DNA of 32,000 nt from Methylophaga frappieri (lineage in GTDB: Bacteria; Pseudomonadota; Gammaproteobacteria; Nitrosococcales; Methylophagaceae): assembly GCF_000260965.1 (NCBI RefSeq), contig NC_017856.1, positions 1,290,001 through 1,322,000 of the forward strand. The letters run 5' to 3'. This document shows positions 17,430 to 27,172 of the stretch, one piece after another. Both the position numbers and the translations under genes were made by a program. Numbering within the stretch: the first letter of the stretch is position 1; each line of letters starts with the position of its first letter. The notes beneath the pieces are model-generated. The model was not told where the DNA came from and made no database searches. It saw nothing but the letters and a program-made list of their open reading frames with translations.

Positions 17430-18140
17430 CTACTGACCTGATGCCGCCTGGTCCATATACCAATAATAATCCCCACTTGGCGCAAGTTTTTGCACGGGTA
17501 AGCCAGTCACAGTTTGCGTTGTAATATCATGCACAATGGCCGCTTTTGCCTCACCGGCAATAAAGACAATCACTTGTCTGGCAGCATTAATCACGGCATA
17601 GGTCAACGTGACGCGCCATGAGTCAAACTTTTCAACGTAGAGGTCGGTGGTGATCGTATCGGTGACCGTCAATGCCGGTGTATCCGGAAACAGGGAGGCA
17701 ATATGGCCATCCGGTCCCAGCCCCAATAAAACGAGATCAAATGGCGCTGACTGCATGGTTTGCTTGATCGTTTCTGCATAAGCGACGGCAACCGCTTTCG
17801 CCTCACCCAACTCGGTTGGCATACGATGTACATTTGAATCAGGCACAGGTAATGCATCCAACATGGCCAGACGCGCCATTTTAAAATTACTGTCATCATG
17901 ATCTGCTGGCACACAACGTTCATCACCAAAGAAAAAATGCACTCGCTGCCAATCGACTTGGTCACGATAAGGAGATTGAGCCAATTGCTGATACAGCCCC
18001 TTGGGTGTCGATCCTCCCGCCAAGGCCACATAAAAAACGCCGCGTTTGGCAATGGCATTGCGTGCCGTACTGACAAATTGCTCTGTTGCAGCAATGATAA
18101 GTTGGTTACTGTCGGGCAGCACTCGGGTTTGCGGTTTCAT
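17430..18140 (-). CDS. pgl: 6-phosphogluconolactonase
   Basis: VALAGGSTPKGLYQQL, FFGDERCVPADHDDSN and LLGLGPDGHIASLFP are signatures of the Pgl/NagB superfamily lactonase. Confidence 0.88.
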   Translation of the reverse strand: MKPQTRVLPDSNQLIIAATEQFVSTARNAIAKRGVFYVALAGGSTPKGLYQQLAQSPYRDQVDWQRVHFFFGDERCVPADHDDSNFKMARLAMLDALPVPDSNVHRMPTELGEAKAVAVAYAETIKQTMQSAPFDLVLLGLGPDGHIASLFPDTPALTVTDTITTDLYVEKFDSWRVTLTYAVINAARQVIVFIAGEAKAAIVHDITTQTVTGLPVQKLAPSGDYYWYMDQAASGQ

Positions 18141-18271
18141 AGCATTCCTTCTTAATTTTTTACTTTTTGCGATCGGGGTACATGACAGCCCCGGCGAGAT
18201 ACGTTAATTTTGCAATGGTAACCGCATTGCGGCAAGTCATAAGACTGTTTTGTATTTTCGTGGAGCCCCAA

Positions 18272-18979
18272 ATGATACGTAACCTACTGTTTTTAATTAC
18301 TCTATCGATAAGTCTGCCAGCATGGTCGGAACCGGCGTTAAATTACAATCTGATATCGCTTTCTGCGAACGCTAAAACGCAAGTCAGCAATGATGAAGTC
18401 ACTGCAACCGTGCAAATAATGCGCAATGGCGGCGACCCGACCCAACTCAGTAAAGCGGTTAATAGCGCAGCGCAGGAAGCTCTCCGAATTGCCAAAGGCT
18501 ATGCGTCAGTGTCATTGCAGACTGAAGGGTATCACAGCCAGCCACGATACTCGGATGGCAAAATCAAGAGCTGGTTGGTCAGCCAACGCCTTAAGTTAAC
18601 AGCCTCCGACTTTACTGAAATGAGTGAACTGTTAGCAGCCATTCAAGAACATGGCAATCTGGTCTCCATGCAATTTACTATTTCCGACGAAGTCTTGGAA
18701 GAAACGCGTCAAACCCTGATACAGAAGGCCATCGCTCAGTTTCAAGCCCAAGCAAGCGATATTCAACAACAATTCGCCGCCAGCGGATATCGCCTCGTTA
18801 ATTTATCTGTTAACCGAGGTGGCTACGCACCACGGTATATGGAAACCATGGCGATGCGCAGTGACAGCATGGTCAAGTCGGAACCCGTGGCGATCGAAGC
18901 TGGCAGTAATGAAGTGAGTGTTGACGTGCATGGTCAAATTCAACTGATTATGGACTCAACCCATATTTCGGAAAACTAA
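18272..18979 (+). CDS. SIMPL/DUF541 (YggE/BP26-like) periplasmic protein
   Basis: Signal peptide MIRNLLFLITLSISLPAWS, then the repeat architecture typical of SIMPL proteins. ATG 18272 has GGAG 6 nt upstream. The track start at 18167 would add a non-signal N-terminal extension. Confidence 0.65.
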   Translation: MIRNLLFLITLSISLPAWSEPALNYNLISLSANAKTQVSNDEVTATVQIMRNGGDPTQLSKAVNSAAQEALRIAKGYASVSLQTEGYHSQPRYSDGKIKSWLVSQRLKLTASDFTEMSELLAAIQEHGNLVSMQFTISDEVLEETRQTLIQKAIAQFQAQASDIQQQFAASGYRLVNLSVNRGGYAPRYMETMAMRSDSMVKSEPVAIEAGSNEVSVDVHGQIQLIMDSTHISEN

Positions 18980-20502
18980 CGTAAAAACAGCTGATAGGCC
19001 GGATTATCCGTTTCATGCCAATAGGTGTAGCCGAGTGTGTCGAGAAATTGTTGAAATTGCCCGTCATGCTCGGCGGCGACCTGAATACCAACTAGCACGC
19101 GGCCATAAGCTGCGCCATGATTTCGATAGTGAAACAGGCTAATGTTCCAACGCTGACCAATATGCGTCAAAAAACGTAATAGCGCGCCAGGCCTTTCAGG
19201 GAATTCAAACCGATATAAGCGTTCGTTTTCAACTTGTGGCGCATGGCCGCCGACCATATAGCGCACATGCAATTTGGCCATTTCGTTATCGGTAAAGTCC
19301 ACCCATGAATAACCGGCGCCATCCAGATCAGCAAATAGCTTTTGCCGCTCAGCCTCAAGACCACTCATCCGCACGCCAACAAACACCTGTGCTTCGGCAT
19401 CATTGGCATAACGGTAATTAAACTCCGTAATACCGCGATCTGACAAAATCTTGCAAAACCGCTGAAAACTACCCGGTTTTTCATCAATCGTGGTTGCGAA
19501 CAGTACTTCACGTCGCTCACCAATTTCGGCGCGTTCGGCAATATAACGCAGCCGATCAAAATTGGTATTGGCGCCACTATTAATGACCACGAGCGATTGA
19601 TCGGTCAGCTGGTTTTCAGTGATGTATTTTTTTACTCCGGCAACCGCCAGCGCCCCCGAAGGCTCCGCCACACTCCGCGTATCTTCAAAGATATCCATGA
19701 TCGCGGCACAGATTTCGTCACTATCTACGGTGACCACTTCATCGACGGTTTCCCGGGCAATTCGAAAAGGCTCGACGCCCACCTGCCGAACCGCTGTCCC
19801 ATCCGCAAACAAGCCAACCTGTTCCAGTTTGATCCGTTCATCCGCCGATAGCGCTGCTTTCAGACTAGCCGCATCCGCGGGCTCAACCGCAATAATTTTG
19901 ATCTGTGGCCAGAAAGCCTTGATAAACGCAGACATCCCCGCCAATAAGCCGCCACCGCCGCAAGGAATAAACATGGCATAAACAGGGTCGGGCTGCTGGC
20001 GCATGATTTCCATGGCAATGGTGCCCTGTCCTGCAATCACATCCGGATCATCATAAGGGTGGATAAAGACTCGGCCTTGCTTGGCAACCGCCTCTTGCGC
20101 ATAAGCATAAGCATCATCGTAGCTATTGCCATGCAAGGCGATTTCAGCACCCAGCGCACGAACCGCCTCGACCTTAATAGGTGGCGTTGTTTTGGGCATG
20201 ACAATCAGCGCTGATAGATTCATTTTTTTGGCAGCCAATGCCACGCCCTGCGCATGATTTCCCGCTGAGGCGGCCACCACGCCACGTTTTGCCTCTTCCA
20301 CCGTCAGGCGACTCATCCGATTATAAGCACCCCGCAGCTTAAAGGAAAACACCGGCTGCAAATCTTCTCGCTTTTGCAAAATGGTGTTGCCAAATCGCGC
20401 ACTAAGCCGCGGCATTAGCTCCAGTGGTGTTTCATGCGCCACATCATATACCCGTGCTTTCAGGATTTTTTCAACATATTCAGTGAGCATCGGCGTGGTC
20501 AT
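18976..20502 (-). CDS. ilvA: Biosynthetic threonine dehydratase (threonine ammonia-lyase) IlvA
   Basis: PLP-lysine region FSFKLRGAYN, GNHAQGVALAA and a GGGGL loop. Two C-terminal ACT-like regulatory repeats give a 508-aa protein typical of biosynthetic IlvA. Confidence 0.93.
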   Translation of the reverse strand: MTTPMLTEYVEKILKARVYDVAHETPLELMPRLSARFGNTILQKREDLQPVFSFKLRGAYNRMSRLTVEEAKRGVVAASAGNHAQGVALAAKKMNLSALIVMPKTTPPIKVEAVRALGAEIALHGNSYDDAYAYAQEAVAKQGRVFIHPYDDPDVIAGQGTIAMEIMRQQPDPVYAMFIPCGGGGLLAGMSAFIKAFWPQIKIIAVEPADAASLKAALSADERIKLEQVGLFADGTAVRQVGVEPFRIARETVDEVVTVDSDEICAAIMDIFEDTRSVAEPSGALAVAGVKKYITENQLTDQSLVVINSGANTNFDRLRYIAERAEIGERREVLFATTIDEKPGSFQRFCKILSDRGITEFNYRYANDAEAQVFVGVRMSGLEAERQKLFADLDGAGYSWVDFTDNEMAKLHVRYMVGGHAPQVENERLYRFEFPERPGALLRFLTHIGQRWNISLFHYRNHGAAYGRVLVGIQVAAEHDGQFQQFLDTLGYTYWHETDNPAYQLFLR

Positions 20503-20533
20503 GGTTGTCGCTTATCATGGCAAAGCGCTTACG

Positions 20534-20563
20534 TTACCATTGACGACACTTTATCTCTATAAT
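20534..20563 (+). promoter_or_regulatory. Candidate sigma-70 promoter for rpiA
   Basis: TTACCA (20534-20539), an 18-nt spacer, then a perfect TATAAT (20558-20563), 44 nt upstream of the rpiA ATG in the ilvA-rpiA divergent spacer. This is a pattern match only. Confidence 0.3.
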
Positions 20564-20607
20564 TGCCGGTTAAAACTTAGTTTATTTAAATCAAAAAAGG
20601 ACACAGC

Positions 20608-21270
20608 ATGACCGCTGATGAATTGAAAAAACAAGCTGCCTGGGCAGCATTGGAATATGTCACCACGACGGGTGTCGTGGGTGTTGGCACGGGCTCTACG
20701 GTCAATCACTTTATTGATGCACTGGCCAGCATCAAAGGCCGTATCGAAGGCGCTGTATCTAGTTCAAATGCTTCATCAGATCGTCTGAAAGCACATGGCA
20801 TTCATGTCTTTGATCTGAATGAAGTGAGTGAGGTCAGTATTTACGTTGATGGCGCTGATGAATCCAATCATGGTTTACAACTTGTCAAAGGTGGTGGCGG
20901 CGCGCTGACACGCGAAAAAATCATCGCCGCCGCAGCAAAAGAATTTGTCTGTATTGCTGACGAAAGCAAGCTGGTTGATGTGCTAGGTAAATTTCCACTA
21001 CCCGTGGAAGTCATCCCGATGGCGCGCAGCTATGTCGCCCGTGAAATTGTCAAACTGGGCGGCCAACCCGTTTATCGGGAAGGCTTTATTACCGATAATC
21101 ATAATGTCATTCTGGATGTGCATGGCCTGGATATCATGGAACCTATCCAGCTGGAGAAAACATTGAACGATATCGTTGGCGTAGTGACCAATGGTCTGTT
21201 TGCTATGCGCCCTGCCGATGTTTTATTGCTGGGTAGTGCAAGCGGTACCAAAACGGTTCACGCTAAATAA
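20608..21270 (+). CDS. rpiA: Ribose-5-phosphate isomerase A
   Basis: [35 protein letters not shown] and GVVTNGLF motifs. AAGGA Shine-Dalgarno upstream. Confidence 0.93.
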   Translation: MTADELKKQAAWAALEYVTTTGVVGVGTGSTVNHFIDALASIKGRIEGAVSSSNASSDRLKAHGIHVFDLNEVSEVSIYVDGADESNHGLQLVKGGGGALTREKIIAAAAKEFVCIADESKLVDVLGKFPLPVEVIPMARSYVAREIVKLGGQPVYREGFITDNHNVILDVHGLDIMEPIQLEKTLNDIVGVVTNGLFAMRPADVLLLGSASGTKTVHAK

Positions 21271-21286
21271 TTTATCCTGAATATTG

Positions 21287-21302
21287 CCGGCCTTCGGGCC
21301 GG
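21287..21302 (+). terminator. GC hairpin with UUCG tetraloop between rpiA and the lol permease gene (possible terminator/attenuator or mRNA-stabilising stem)
   Basis: CCGGCC-TTCG-GGCCGG is a perfect 6-bp G/C stem closing a C(UUCG)G tetraloop. It lies 16 nt after the rpiA stop and 17 nt before ATG 21320. No U-tract follows, so a classical intrinsic terminator is doubtful. Confidence 0.25.
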
Positions 21303-21319
21303 TTAGACTTGAGTCGACT

Positions 21320-22567
21320 ATGTTCCGACCATTGAGTATTTACATTGGCGCCCGCTATACCAAAGCGAAACGCCGTAATCATTTTATTTCGTTTATCTCG
21401 CTGACTTCGATGTTGGGCGTTGCGTTGGGTGTTGCTGCCTTGATTACGGTTTTGTCGGTAATGAACGGCTTTGAAAAAGAGCTCAAAGAACGCATCCTTG
21501 GCATGACATCTCATGCCTGGGTTACCGGCGCTGATGGGACGCTTGCTGACTGGCCGGCTTTGGAGCAACAAATCAACGACCTGCCCCGCGTGCTGGACTC
21601 TGCGCCTTTTGTTGAAGGCCAGGCCATGCTCAATCGAGGCAATAAAGTGCGGGGAACATTGGTCAGGGGGATTGACCCAGACATGGAACCCCGAGTGTCC
21701 ATGATTGGCGACAAAATGATTCAAGGGCAACTCACCACATTACAAGCTGGCGAGTTTGGCATTATTCTTGGTAAGGATTTAGCGATTGCAATGGGCGTTG
21801 CGGCTGGCGACAAAATTACCGTTATCACACCGCATGTTACCCCAACACCGGCAGGTGTCATCCCTCGTTTAAAAAGGCTGACCGTTGTCGGCATTTTTGA
21901 AATTGGTATGTATGAATACGATAGTGCGCTCGCCGTAATGCATTTACAGGATGCCGCAACGCTGTTTCGTATTCCTGGAAAAGTCAGCGGTTTGCGATTA
22001 AAACTGGATGATGTCTATCAGGCGCCGCAAATCACCCGAGACATTCTGAAACAGTTGCCTAGTCAATACCGTGCTGCTGACTGGACATATCAACATGCCA
22101 ATTTTTTCCGAGCGTTAAAAACCGAAAAAACGGTAATGTTTGTTATTTTGATGCTGATTGTCGCTGTTGCTGCCTTTAATATCGTTTCAACACTGGTCAT
22201 GATGGTCACAGACAAACGGCCGGATATTGCCATTTTGCGAACACTGGGCATGTCACCGGGCGGCATTATGGGTATTTTTATGGTGCAAGGTATTTTAATT
22301 GGTTTGGTAGGCACATTGCTTGGCGTCGTTGGGGGCGTGGCATTGGCACTGAATATTTCAGATATTATTGCTGGCGTTGAACGCTTGCTTGGTTATCAAT
22401 TTTTGCCTGCCGATGTTTATTACATCAGTGATTTACCTTCGCAGTTGCAATGGCATGATGTAACGGTCATCGGCATCACCGCATTTATCTTATCTGTATT
22501 GTCGACAATCTACCCCTCATGGCGCGCGGCTCAGGTGCGCCCAGCGGAGGCACTGCGTTATGACTGA
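21320..22567 (+). CDS. Lipoprotein-releasing ABC transporter permease (LolC/LolE family)
   Basis: [55 protein letters not shown] matches the LolC/E N-terminus. A MacB-like periplasmic domain and a C-terminal FtsX-type 3-TM bundle follow. ATG 21320 is preferred over the track TTG at 21284. Confidence 0.88.
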   Translation: MFRPLSIYIGARYTKAKRRNHFISFISLTSMLGVALGVAALITVLSVMNGFEKELKERILGMTSHAWVTGADGTLADWPALEQQINDLPRVLDSAPFVEGQAMLNRGNKVRGTLVRGIDPDMEPRVSMIGDKMIQGQLTTLQAGEFGIILGKDLAIAMGVAAGDKITVITPHVTPTPAGVIPRLKRLTVVGIFEIGMYEYDSALAVMHLQDAATLFRIPGKVSGLRLKLDDVYQAPQITRDILKQLPSQYRAADWTYQHANFFRALKTEKTVMFVILMLIVAVAAFNIVSTLVMMVTDKRPDIAILRTLGMSPGGIMGIFMVQGILIGLVGTLLGVVGGVALALNISDIIAGVERLLGYQFLPADVYYISDLPSQLQWHDVTVIGITAFILSVLSTIYPSWRAAQVRPAEALRYD

Positions 22568-23240
22568 TAGCACGGTATTAATGTGCCAGAATCTGGCGAA
22601 ATGTTATCAGGATGGTGGTCTTTCAACTCCGGTATTGAGTGACGTCAACCTTAGGGTTAACGCAGGAGAGCGCATTGCTATTGTTGGCAGTTCCGGTTCT
22701 GGGAAAAGTACACTGCTGCATTTGTTGGGCGGATTAGATACACCGACGAGTGGCGATATTACGATTCAAGAACAGTCATTACACAAGTTGTCAGCACGAC
22801 AACTCAGTCGACTCCGCAATCGCTCATTAGGATTTGTTTACCAGTTTCATCATTTATTGCCAGAGTTTACCGCAACCGAAAATGTGGCTATGCCCCTTGT
22901 CATTGGCGGACAAAAACCCGCCACAGCCAAGCAAGCCGCTGAAGCCTTACTGACTCAAGTCGGTTTAGATCACCGCCTCGGCCACAAGCCCGGCGAGTTG
23001 TCTGGCGGAGAACGACAACGCGCAGCATTGGCCAGGGCATTAATTACAAGGCCTGCCTGTTTACTGGCAGATGAGCCTACAGGCAATCTCGATCATCGCA
23101 CAGCCGAGGGTATCTTTGAATTGATCATGTCCCTCAATACCAGCTTCAAGACGGCGCTGGTCATTGTCACCCATGATCAGCAGCTTGCGGCCAAAATGGA
23201 CAAAACCTATACCTTAATTGATGGTCAACTTAGTCTTTAG
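22560..23240 (+). CDS. lolD: Lipoprotein-releasing ABC transporter ATPase LolD
   Basis: Walker [10 protein letters not shown], LolD-type segment [23 protein letters not shown], signature LSGGERQR and Walker [12 protein letters not shown]. It has an 8-nt overlap with the permease gene. Confidence 0.9.
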   Translation: MTDSTVLMCQNLAKCYQDGGLSTPVLSDVNLRVNAGERIAIVGSSGSGKSTLLHLLGGLDTPTSGDITIQEQSLHKLSARQLSRLRNRSLGFVYQFHHLLPEFTATENVAMPLVIGGQKPATAKQAAEALLTQVGLDHRLGHKPGELSGGERQRAALARALITRPACLLADEPTGNLDHRTAEGIFELIMSLNTSFKTALVIVTHDQQLAAKMDKTYTLIDGQLSL

Positions 23241-23757
23241 CGGATTTTTGTTTTGCGCGTTGCAACCAGCTTCGAATCACCACTAAACGCCAGATAATTC
23301 GGACAAAAACCACGCCGAGCAAGGCGACGATAGTGGCACAAATCAGTGATCCAAGCAGCAAAGGCTGCCAGATCATTGAAAACTCCCTGCTAAACCATTC
23401 CCAGCTCAGGGTAAAGGCATACTCCCCCAGTAACGGCATCTCCAGCAATAACGCACCCAGCTTGTATTCGAAATAATAAATGGGCGCGACGGTTAGTGGA
23501 TTTGTGATCCACACGCTCATGACCGCAAACGGTAGATTTGCCCGGAGCAGAATAGCTAATGGCACAACGATTAACATTTGCAATGGAATCGGTAATAGCC
23601 CAATGAACAGGCCAATTGCCAACCCTGTCGCGACACGTTTACGATTTAGGTGCCACAGTTGTGGATCCAAAATACGTTGACCAAACCGTTGCAAATGCGG
23701 ATGTTCGCGCATTGCGTGGTGATCTGGCATGATGCGTTTTAGGAATTTACGAGGCAT
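23230..23757 (-). CDS. DUF2062 family membrane protein
   Basis: [58 protein letters not shown] is the typical DUF2062 N-terminus, followed by TM helices. ATG 23757 is chosen because the track start at 23823 would overlap comEC. Confidence 0.75.
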   Translation of the reverse strand: MPRKFLKRIMPDHHAMREHPHLQRFGQRILDPQLWHLNRKRVATGLAIGLFIGLLPIPLQMLIVVPLAILLRANLPFAVMSVWITNPLTVAPIYYFEYKLGALLLEMPLLGEYAFTLSWEWFSREFSMIWQPLLLGSLICATIVALLGVVFVRIIWRLVVIRSWLQRAKQKSAKD

Positions 23758-23801
23758 TGCGACGTGGTTTTCACAGAACGACGCAGCCATTATAGGGATA
23801 T

Positions 23802-26063
23802 ATGGTTTACTCTGCCATCGCATTTTTACTGGGCTGTATTGGAATTTTACAGTTCAGTTCTTCTCCCGGCTGGCCAGTTTGGGCTGTAGCTGTCGTTATC
23901 CTTTTATCTGCGCTGCGCTATCGTCAATATTGGCTTGTGGCATTTATTGCTGGCTGCCTCTGGGCAGGCATGCAAACTCAGAGCAGACTTGCCGATCAAC
24001 TCTCTTCCGACCAATCAGGAAAAGACGTCACCATTACCGGCTACATCGCAGATATTCCCCAAGTTGAAAATCAACGGCTTCGCTTTTTATTTGAACCTGA
24101 CCCGCACTTTAATCTCGCCAACAAGATTCGACTAAACTGGTACTTTCCCCCTGCAAAGAAACCCCGTACTGGAGAATATTGGCGACTGACAGTACGGCTA
24201 AAATCACCGAGGGGCATGCATAATCCGGGCGGATTTGATTATGAAGGCTGGCTATTTCAACAGGCCATTGGCGCGACAGGCTATATTCGCGAACCAGATA
24301 CTGCCGAGCGACTGGCACGCGCCCCATCCTGGCACCTAAGTGCTTTTCGTGAAGGCTTATTACAGGATTTACAGACCGCCACTTCTCGTCAGCACCAGGC
24401 ATTAATCGAAGGTCTCACCTTGGGGGTGCGTGACAACATGACTGCGCAGCAATGGCAAACGCTGCGTCACACCGGCACCGCACACTTATTAGCGATTTCT
24501 GGCCTGCATATCGGCTTAGCAGCCATGTTTGGTTTCTTTATTGGCGCTGGTCTGTGGCGTATTATGCCAACGGCGTGTTTGCGACTTCCAGCACGTCAGA
24601 TCGGTGCCATATTCGCCCTGATTTTTGCACTTTTCTACACCTTGCTTGCCGGTATGTCGGTGCCAAGTCAACGTGCCCTGATAATGATTAGCGTCGCCAT
24701 GCTTGCGATTCTCTGCCGACAACGTTTTCGCAGCTCTCACTTACTGGCGTTAAGCCTGATACTGGTGCTGCTTGTCGATCCACTTGCCGTCATGGGTGCC
24801 GGATTTTGGCTGTCTTTTGCTGCGGTGGGAATTATCCTGTACGTCAGTCAGTACCGCCATCCTAGGCCACGTTTTCATTGGCTGGGCATTCATGTCTGGA
24901 TTGCGCTCGGTTTAACACCACTGTTGTTATTGTTCTTTCAAAGCAGCTCCATCATCTCGCCCGTTGCAAACTTGCTTGCCGTACCACTGGTCAGCCTGAT
25001 TGTGGTGCCGTTATTGTTGGCTGCCAGTTTGTTGCGCATGCTCAGTGACAGTCTGGGCAATTATCTGTTTGAATTGGCGGATCTGGCACTCACGGGGTTA
25101 TGGAAATGGTTAACGTGGCTTGCTGAACTGCCGGCAGCACACTGGCAGGTACCCGTCCTCCCGGAGTGGATAATTATTTTCACTACCCTGGCCGTGACTC
25201 TCTTATTGGCACCAAAGGGGCTGCCCCACCGCTGGCTTGGCTTGCTCTTCCTGTTACCGCTGTCGACTTACAGTGCTCCCCGACCGGAACCCGGGGAATT
25301 CTGGTTCGCTTTGCTGGATGTTGGTCAAGGCTTATCAGCAGTGGTGATCACCCAACAGCACACCCTGGTTTTTGATACGGGTCCGGCATTTGGTGATTTC
25401 AATACCGGTGACGCGGTGGTGAAACCTTATCTCCAATATCTTGGCCGGAACCAGATTGACAAACTCATCATTAGCCACGGCGATAATGACCATATTGGCG
25501 GTGCTCAAGCTTTAATGACAACCCTGTCAGTTACCGATATTCTCAGTAGCGTTCCGGAAAAACTGACTCCTGCAAGAAGCTGTGAGGCAGGTCAAAGCTG
25601 GCAATGGGATGGGGTCAATTTTGACATGCTGTATCCATCGAAAGGGGATGACGGTAGTAGCAATGACCGATCCTGTGTCTTAAAAGTCGGTAATGCGAAT
25701 GGCCAGTTGCTGTTAACAGGAGACATTGAAGCAATTTCCGAACATCGGCTGGTAAAACGTTTTGGTTCACAGCTGGCAGCATCGGTTCTGGTTGTCCCCC
25801 ACCACGGCAGTCGCAGTTCATCAACAGCAGCCTTTATTGACGCCGTATCGCCGGACATTGCTTTATTTGCCAACGGTTTCGCCAATCGGTTCGGATTTCC
25901 AGCAGCACAAGTGAAACAGCGCTATGCAAAACGGCATATTCTGACATGGCAGACTGCCAATAGTGGTGCCCTGTTGTTACGCTTCGATGCACAATCTGAT
26001 CGTCGTCCTGTCGAATGGCGACGTCATCAACGTCGTTTATGGACGGCAACCGCTACTGACTGA
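23802..26063 (+). CDS. comEC: DNA internalisation-related competence protein ComEC/Rec2
   Basis: 753 aa. It has an N-terminal DUF4131-like OB region and a polytopic competence domain (GTAHLLAISGLHIG). The C-terminal metallo-beta-lactamase domain shows ALLDVGQGLS, ISHGDNDHIGG and VVPHHGS. Confidence 0.88.
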   Translation: MVYSAIAFLLGCIGILQFSSSPGWPVWAVAVVILLSALRYRQYWLVAFIAGCLWAGMQTQSRLADQLSSDQSGKDVTITGYIADIPQVENQRLRFLFEPDPHFNLANKIRLNWYFPPAKKPRTGEYWRLTVRLKSPRGMHNPGGFDYEGWLFQQAIGATGYIREPDTAERLARAPSWHLSAFREGLLQDLQTATSRQHQALIEGLTLGVRDNMTAQQWQTLRHTGTAHLLAISGLHIGLAAMFGFFIGAGLWRIMPTACLRLPARQIGAIFALIFALFYTLLAGMSVPSQRALIMISVAMLAILCRQRFRSSHLLALSLILVLLVDPLAVMGAGFWLSFAAVGIILYVSQYRHPRPRFHWLGIHVWIALGLTPLLLLFFQSSSIISPVANLLAVPLVSLIVVPLLLAASLLRMLSDSLGNYLFELADLALTGLWKWLTWLAELPAAHWQVPVLPEWIIIFTTLAVTLLLAPKGLPHRWLGLLFLLPLSTYSAPRPEPGEFWFALLDVGQGLSAVVITQQHTLVFDTGPAFGDFNTGDAVVKPYLQYLGRNQIDKLIISHGDNDHIGGAQALMTTLSVTDILSSVPEKLTPARSCEAGQSWQWDGVNFDMLYPSKGDDGSSNDRSCVLKVGNANGQLLLTGDIEAISEHRLVKRFGSQLAASVLVVPHHGSRSSSTAAFIDAVSPDIALFANGFANRFGFPAAQVKQRYAKRHILTWQTANSGALLLRFDAQSDRRPVEWRRHQRRLWTATATD

Positions 26064-26114
26064 TGTTATTTTCACGTATCATGGCAGCAGATTTGTGCCT
26101 GCAGGATAAGAATT

Positions 26115-26750
26115 ATGCTGGAATTTTTAGAAGCCGGTGGATGGTTAATGTTGCCATTGTTAGCCTGTTCGATTGTCGCTATCGCTATCATTGCTGAACG
26201 ATTCTGGAGCTTGCGAAGCAAGCGTATCGCGCCGCCGGAACTGATTACTCAGATATGGCAATGGTTGCGCTATAACCAAGTTGATGAAGACCGCATTCGT
26301 AAACTCCAAAAAAACTCACCGCTGGGCCGAATTCTGGCCGCAGGGTTACAGGAACGCAATGCGGCCCGCGAAATCACCAAGGAAAGCATTGAAGATATTG
26401 GCCGCCATGTCACCGCGGCACTGGAGAGGAACCTGAATACCCTTGGCACCATTGCTGCCATTTCTCCTTTGATAGGTCTTCTTGGCACCGTCGTCGGGAT
26501 GATTAAAGTGTTCGCGACGATCACCGTTTCAGGTGTTGGCAATCCGGAAACGCTGGCTGGGGGTATTTCTGAAGCCTTGATCACGACAGCGGCCGGCCTA
26601 GTCGTGGCCATTCCTAGTGTCATTTTTTATCGTTATTTCCGCGGTAAAATTAATCGGCTAGTGGTGAATATGGAAGAGCAGGCGCTGCAATTAATTGAAA
26701 TTCTACATGGTGACCGGGCATTCGATCCGGATGAGGCCAAGTTGCCATGA
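26115..26750 (+). CDS. MotA/TolQ/ExbB proton-channel family protein
   Basis: 211 aa with three TM helices. It carries the conserved C-terminal channel region LGTVVGMIKVF...GISEALITTAAGLVVAIPSVIFY. AGGA Shine-Dalgarno upstream. Confidence 0.85.
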   Translation: MLEFLEAGGWLMLPLLACSIVAIAIIAERFWSLRSKRIAPPELITQIWQWLRYNQVDEDRIRKLQKNSPLGRILAAGLQERNAAREITKESIEDIGRHVTAALERNLNTLGTIAAISPLIGLLGTVVGMIKVFATITVSGVGNPETLAGGISEALITTAAGLVVAIPSVIFYRYFRGKINRLVVNMEEQALQLIEILHGDRAFDPDEAKLP

Positions 26751-27172
26751 AGCTGTTACCCCGTTATTCAGAAGAGCCGGATGTCAATCTCACTCCCATG
26801 ATTGACGTGGTTTTCTTGTTATTACTGTTTTTCATGATTTCTACCAGTTTCATTCGCGAGAGCTCATTGAAAGTGGATCTGCCACAGGCGACAGGTGAGA
26901 CGATGCAGGAACAAGCTGAACCCATTGATATTGTGATTAATGCCAATGGCGACATCAGTATCAATGACTTGGTGGTTGCATCAACGACTGCCAGCGATGT
27001 CCGCGCCGCGTTAAGGAGTGCAGCTGGCAATGAGTCCGACCCACACATCATTATCAGCGCCGATGCCAGCGCCGCCTACCAACTGGTTGTCACGGCAATG
27101 GATGCCGCAAGCTCGCTTGGCTTCGCCAGACTGACACTCGCCACCCGCCAAACATCCACTGCCAATCCATGA
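26747..27172 (+). CDS. ExbD/TolR family biopolymer transport protein
   Basis: NLTPMIDVVFLLLLFFM contains the conserved TM Asp, followed by a periplasmic ExbD-type domain. ATGA overlaps occur both with the preceding gene and with msbA. Confidence 0.85.
   Translation: MKLLPRYSEEPDVNLTPMIDVVFLLLLFFMISTSFIRESSLKVDLPQATGETMQEQAEPIDIVINANGDISINDLVVASTTASDVRAALRSAAGNESDPHIIISADASAAYQLVVTAMDAASSLGFARLTLATRQTSTANP

Noticed and set aside
18212-18230. Inverted repeat GCAATG-N7-CATTGC in the pgl/SIMPL divergent spacer as a possible operator (for example for a HexR-type regulator).
   Set aside because: The arms are only 6 bp and the repeat does not extend. It does not resemble any operator consensus I know. 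Repeats of this size are expected by chance in 32 kb.
18167-18271. N-terminal extensions implied by the longest-ORF calls. They affect SIMPL (18167), the Lol permease (21284, TTG), DUF2062 (23823), flhG (2619), YcaR (29885) and the small ORF (31161).
   Set aside because: In each case an internal ATG fits better. Depending on the gene, it gives a canonical family N-terminus or signal peptide, a better Shine-Dalgarno, or avoids overlap with a neighbouring gene. The shorter coordinates are reported in features.
21272-21730. 152-aa minus-strand ORF overlapping the rpiA-lol spacer and the 5' part of the Lol permease gene.
   Set aside because: It is antisense to a well-supported LolC/E N-terminus. 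The product is His/Arg/Asn-rich with no domain features, and there is no room for it alongside the permease.
26098-26105. CCTGCAGG 8-bp palindrome between comEC and the exbB-like gene.
   Set aside because: It has no loop, so it cannot form a terminator hairpin. It is a single occurrence in a 51-nt spacer that mainly holds the exbB Shine-Dalgarno.
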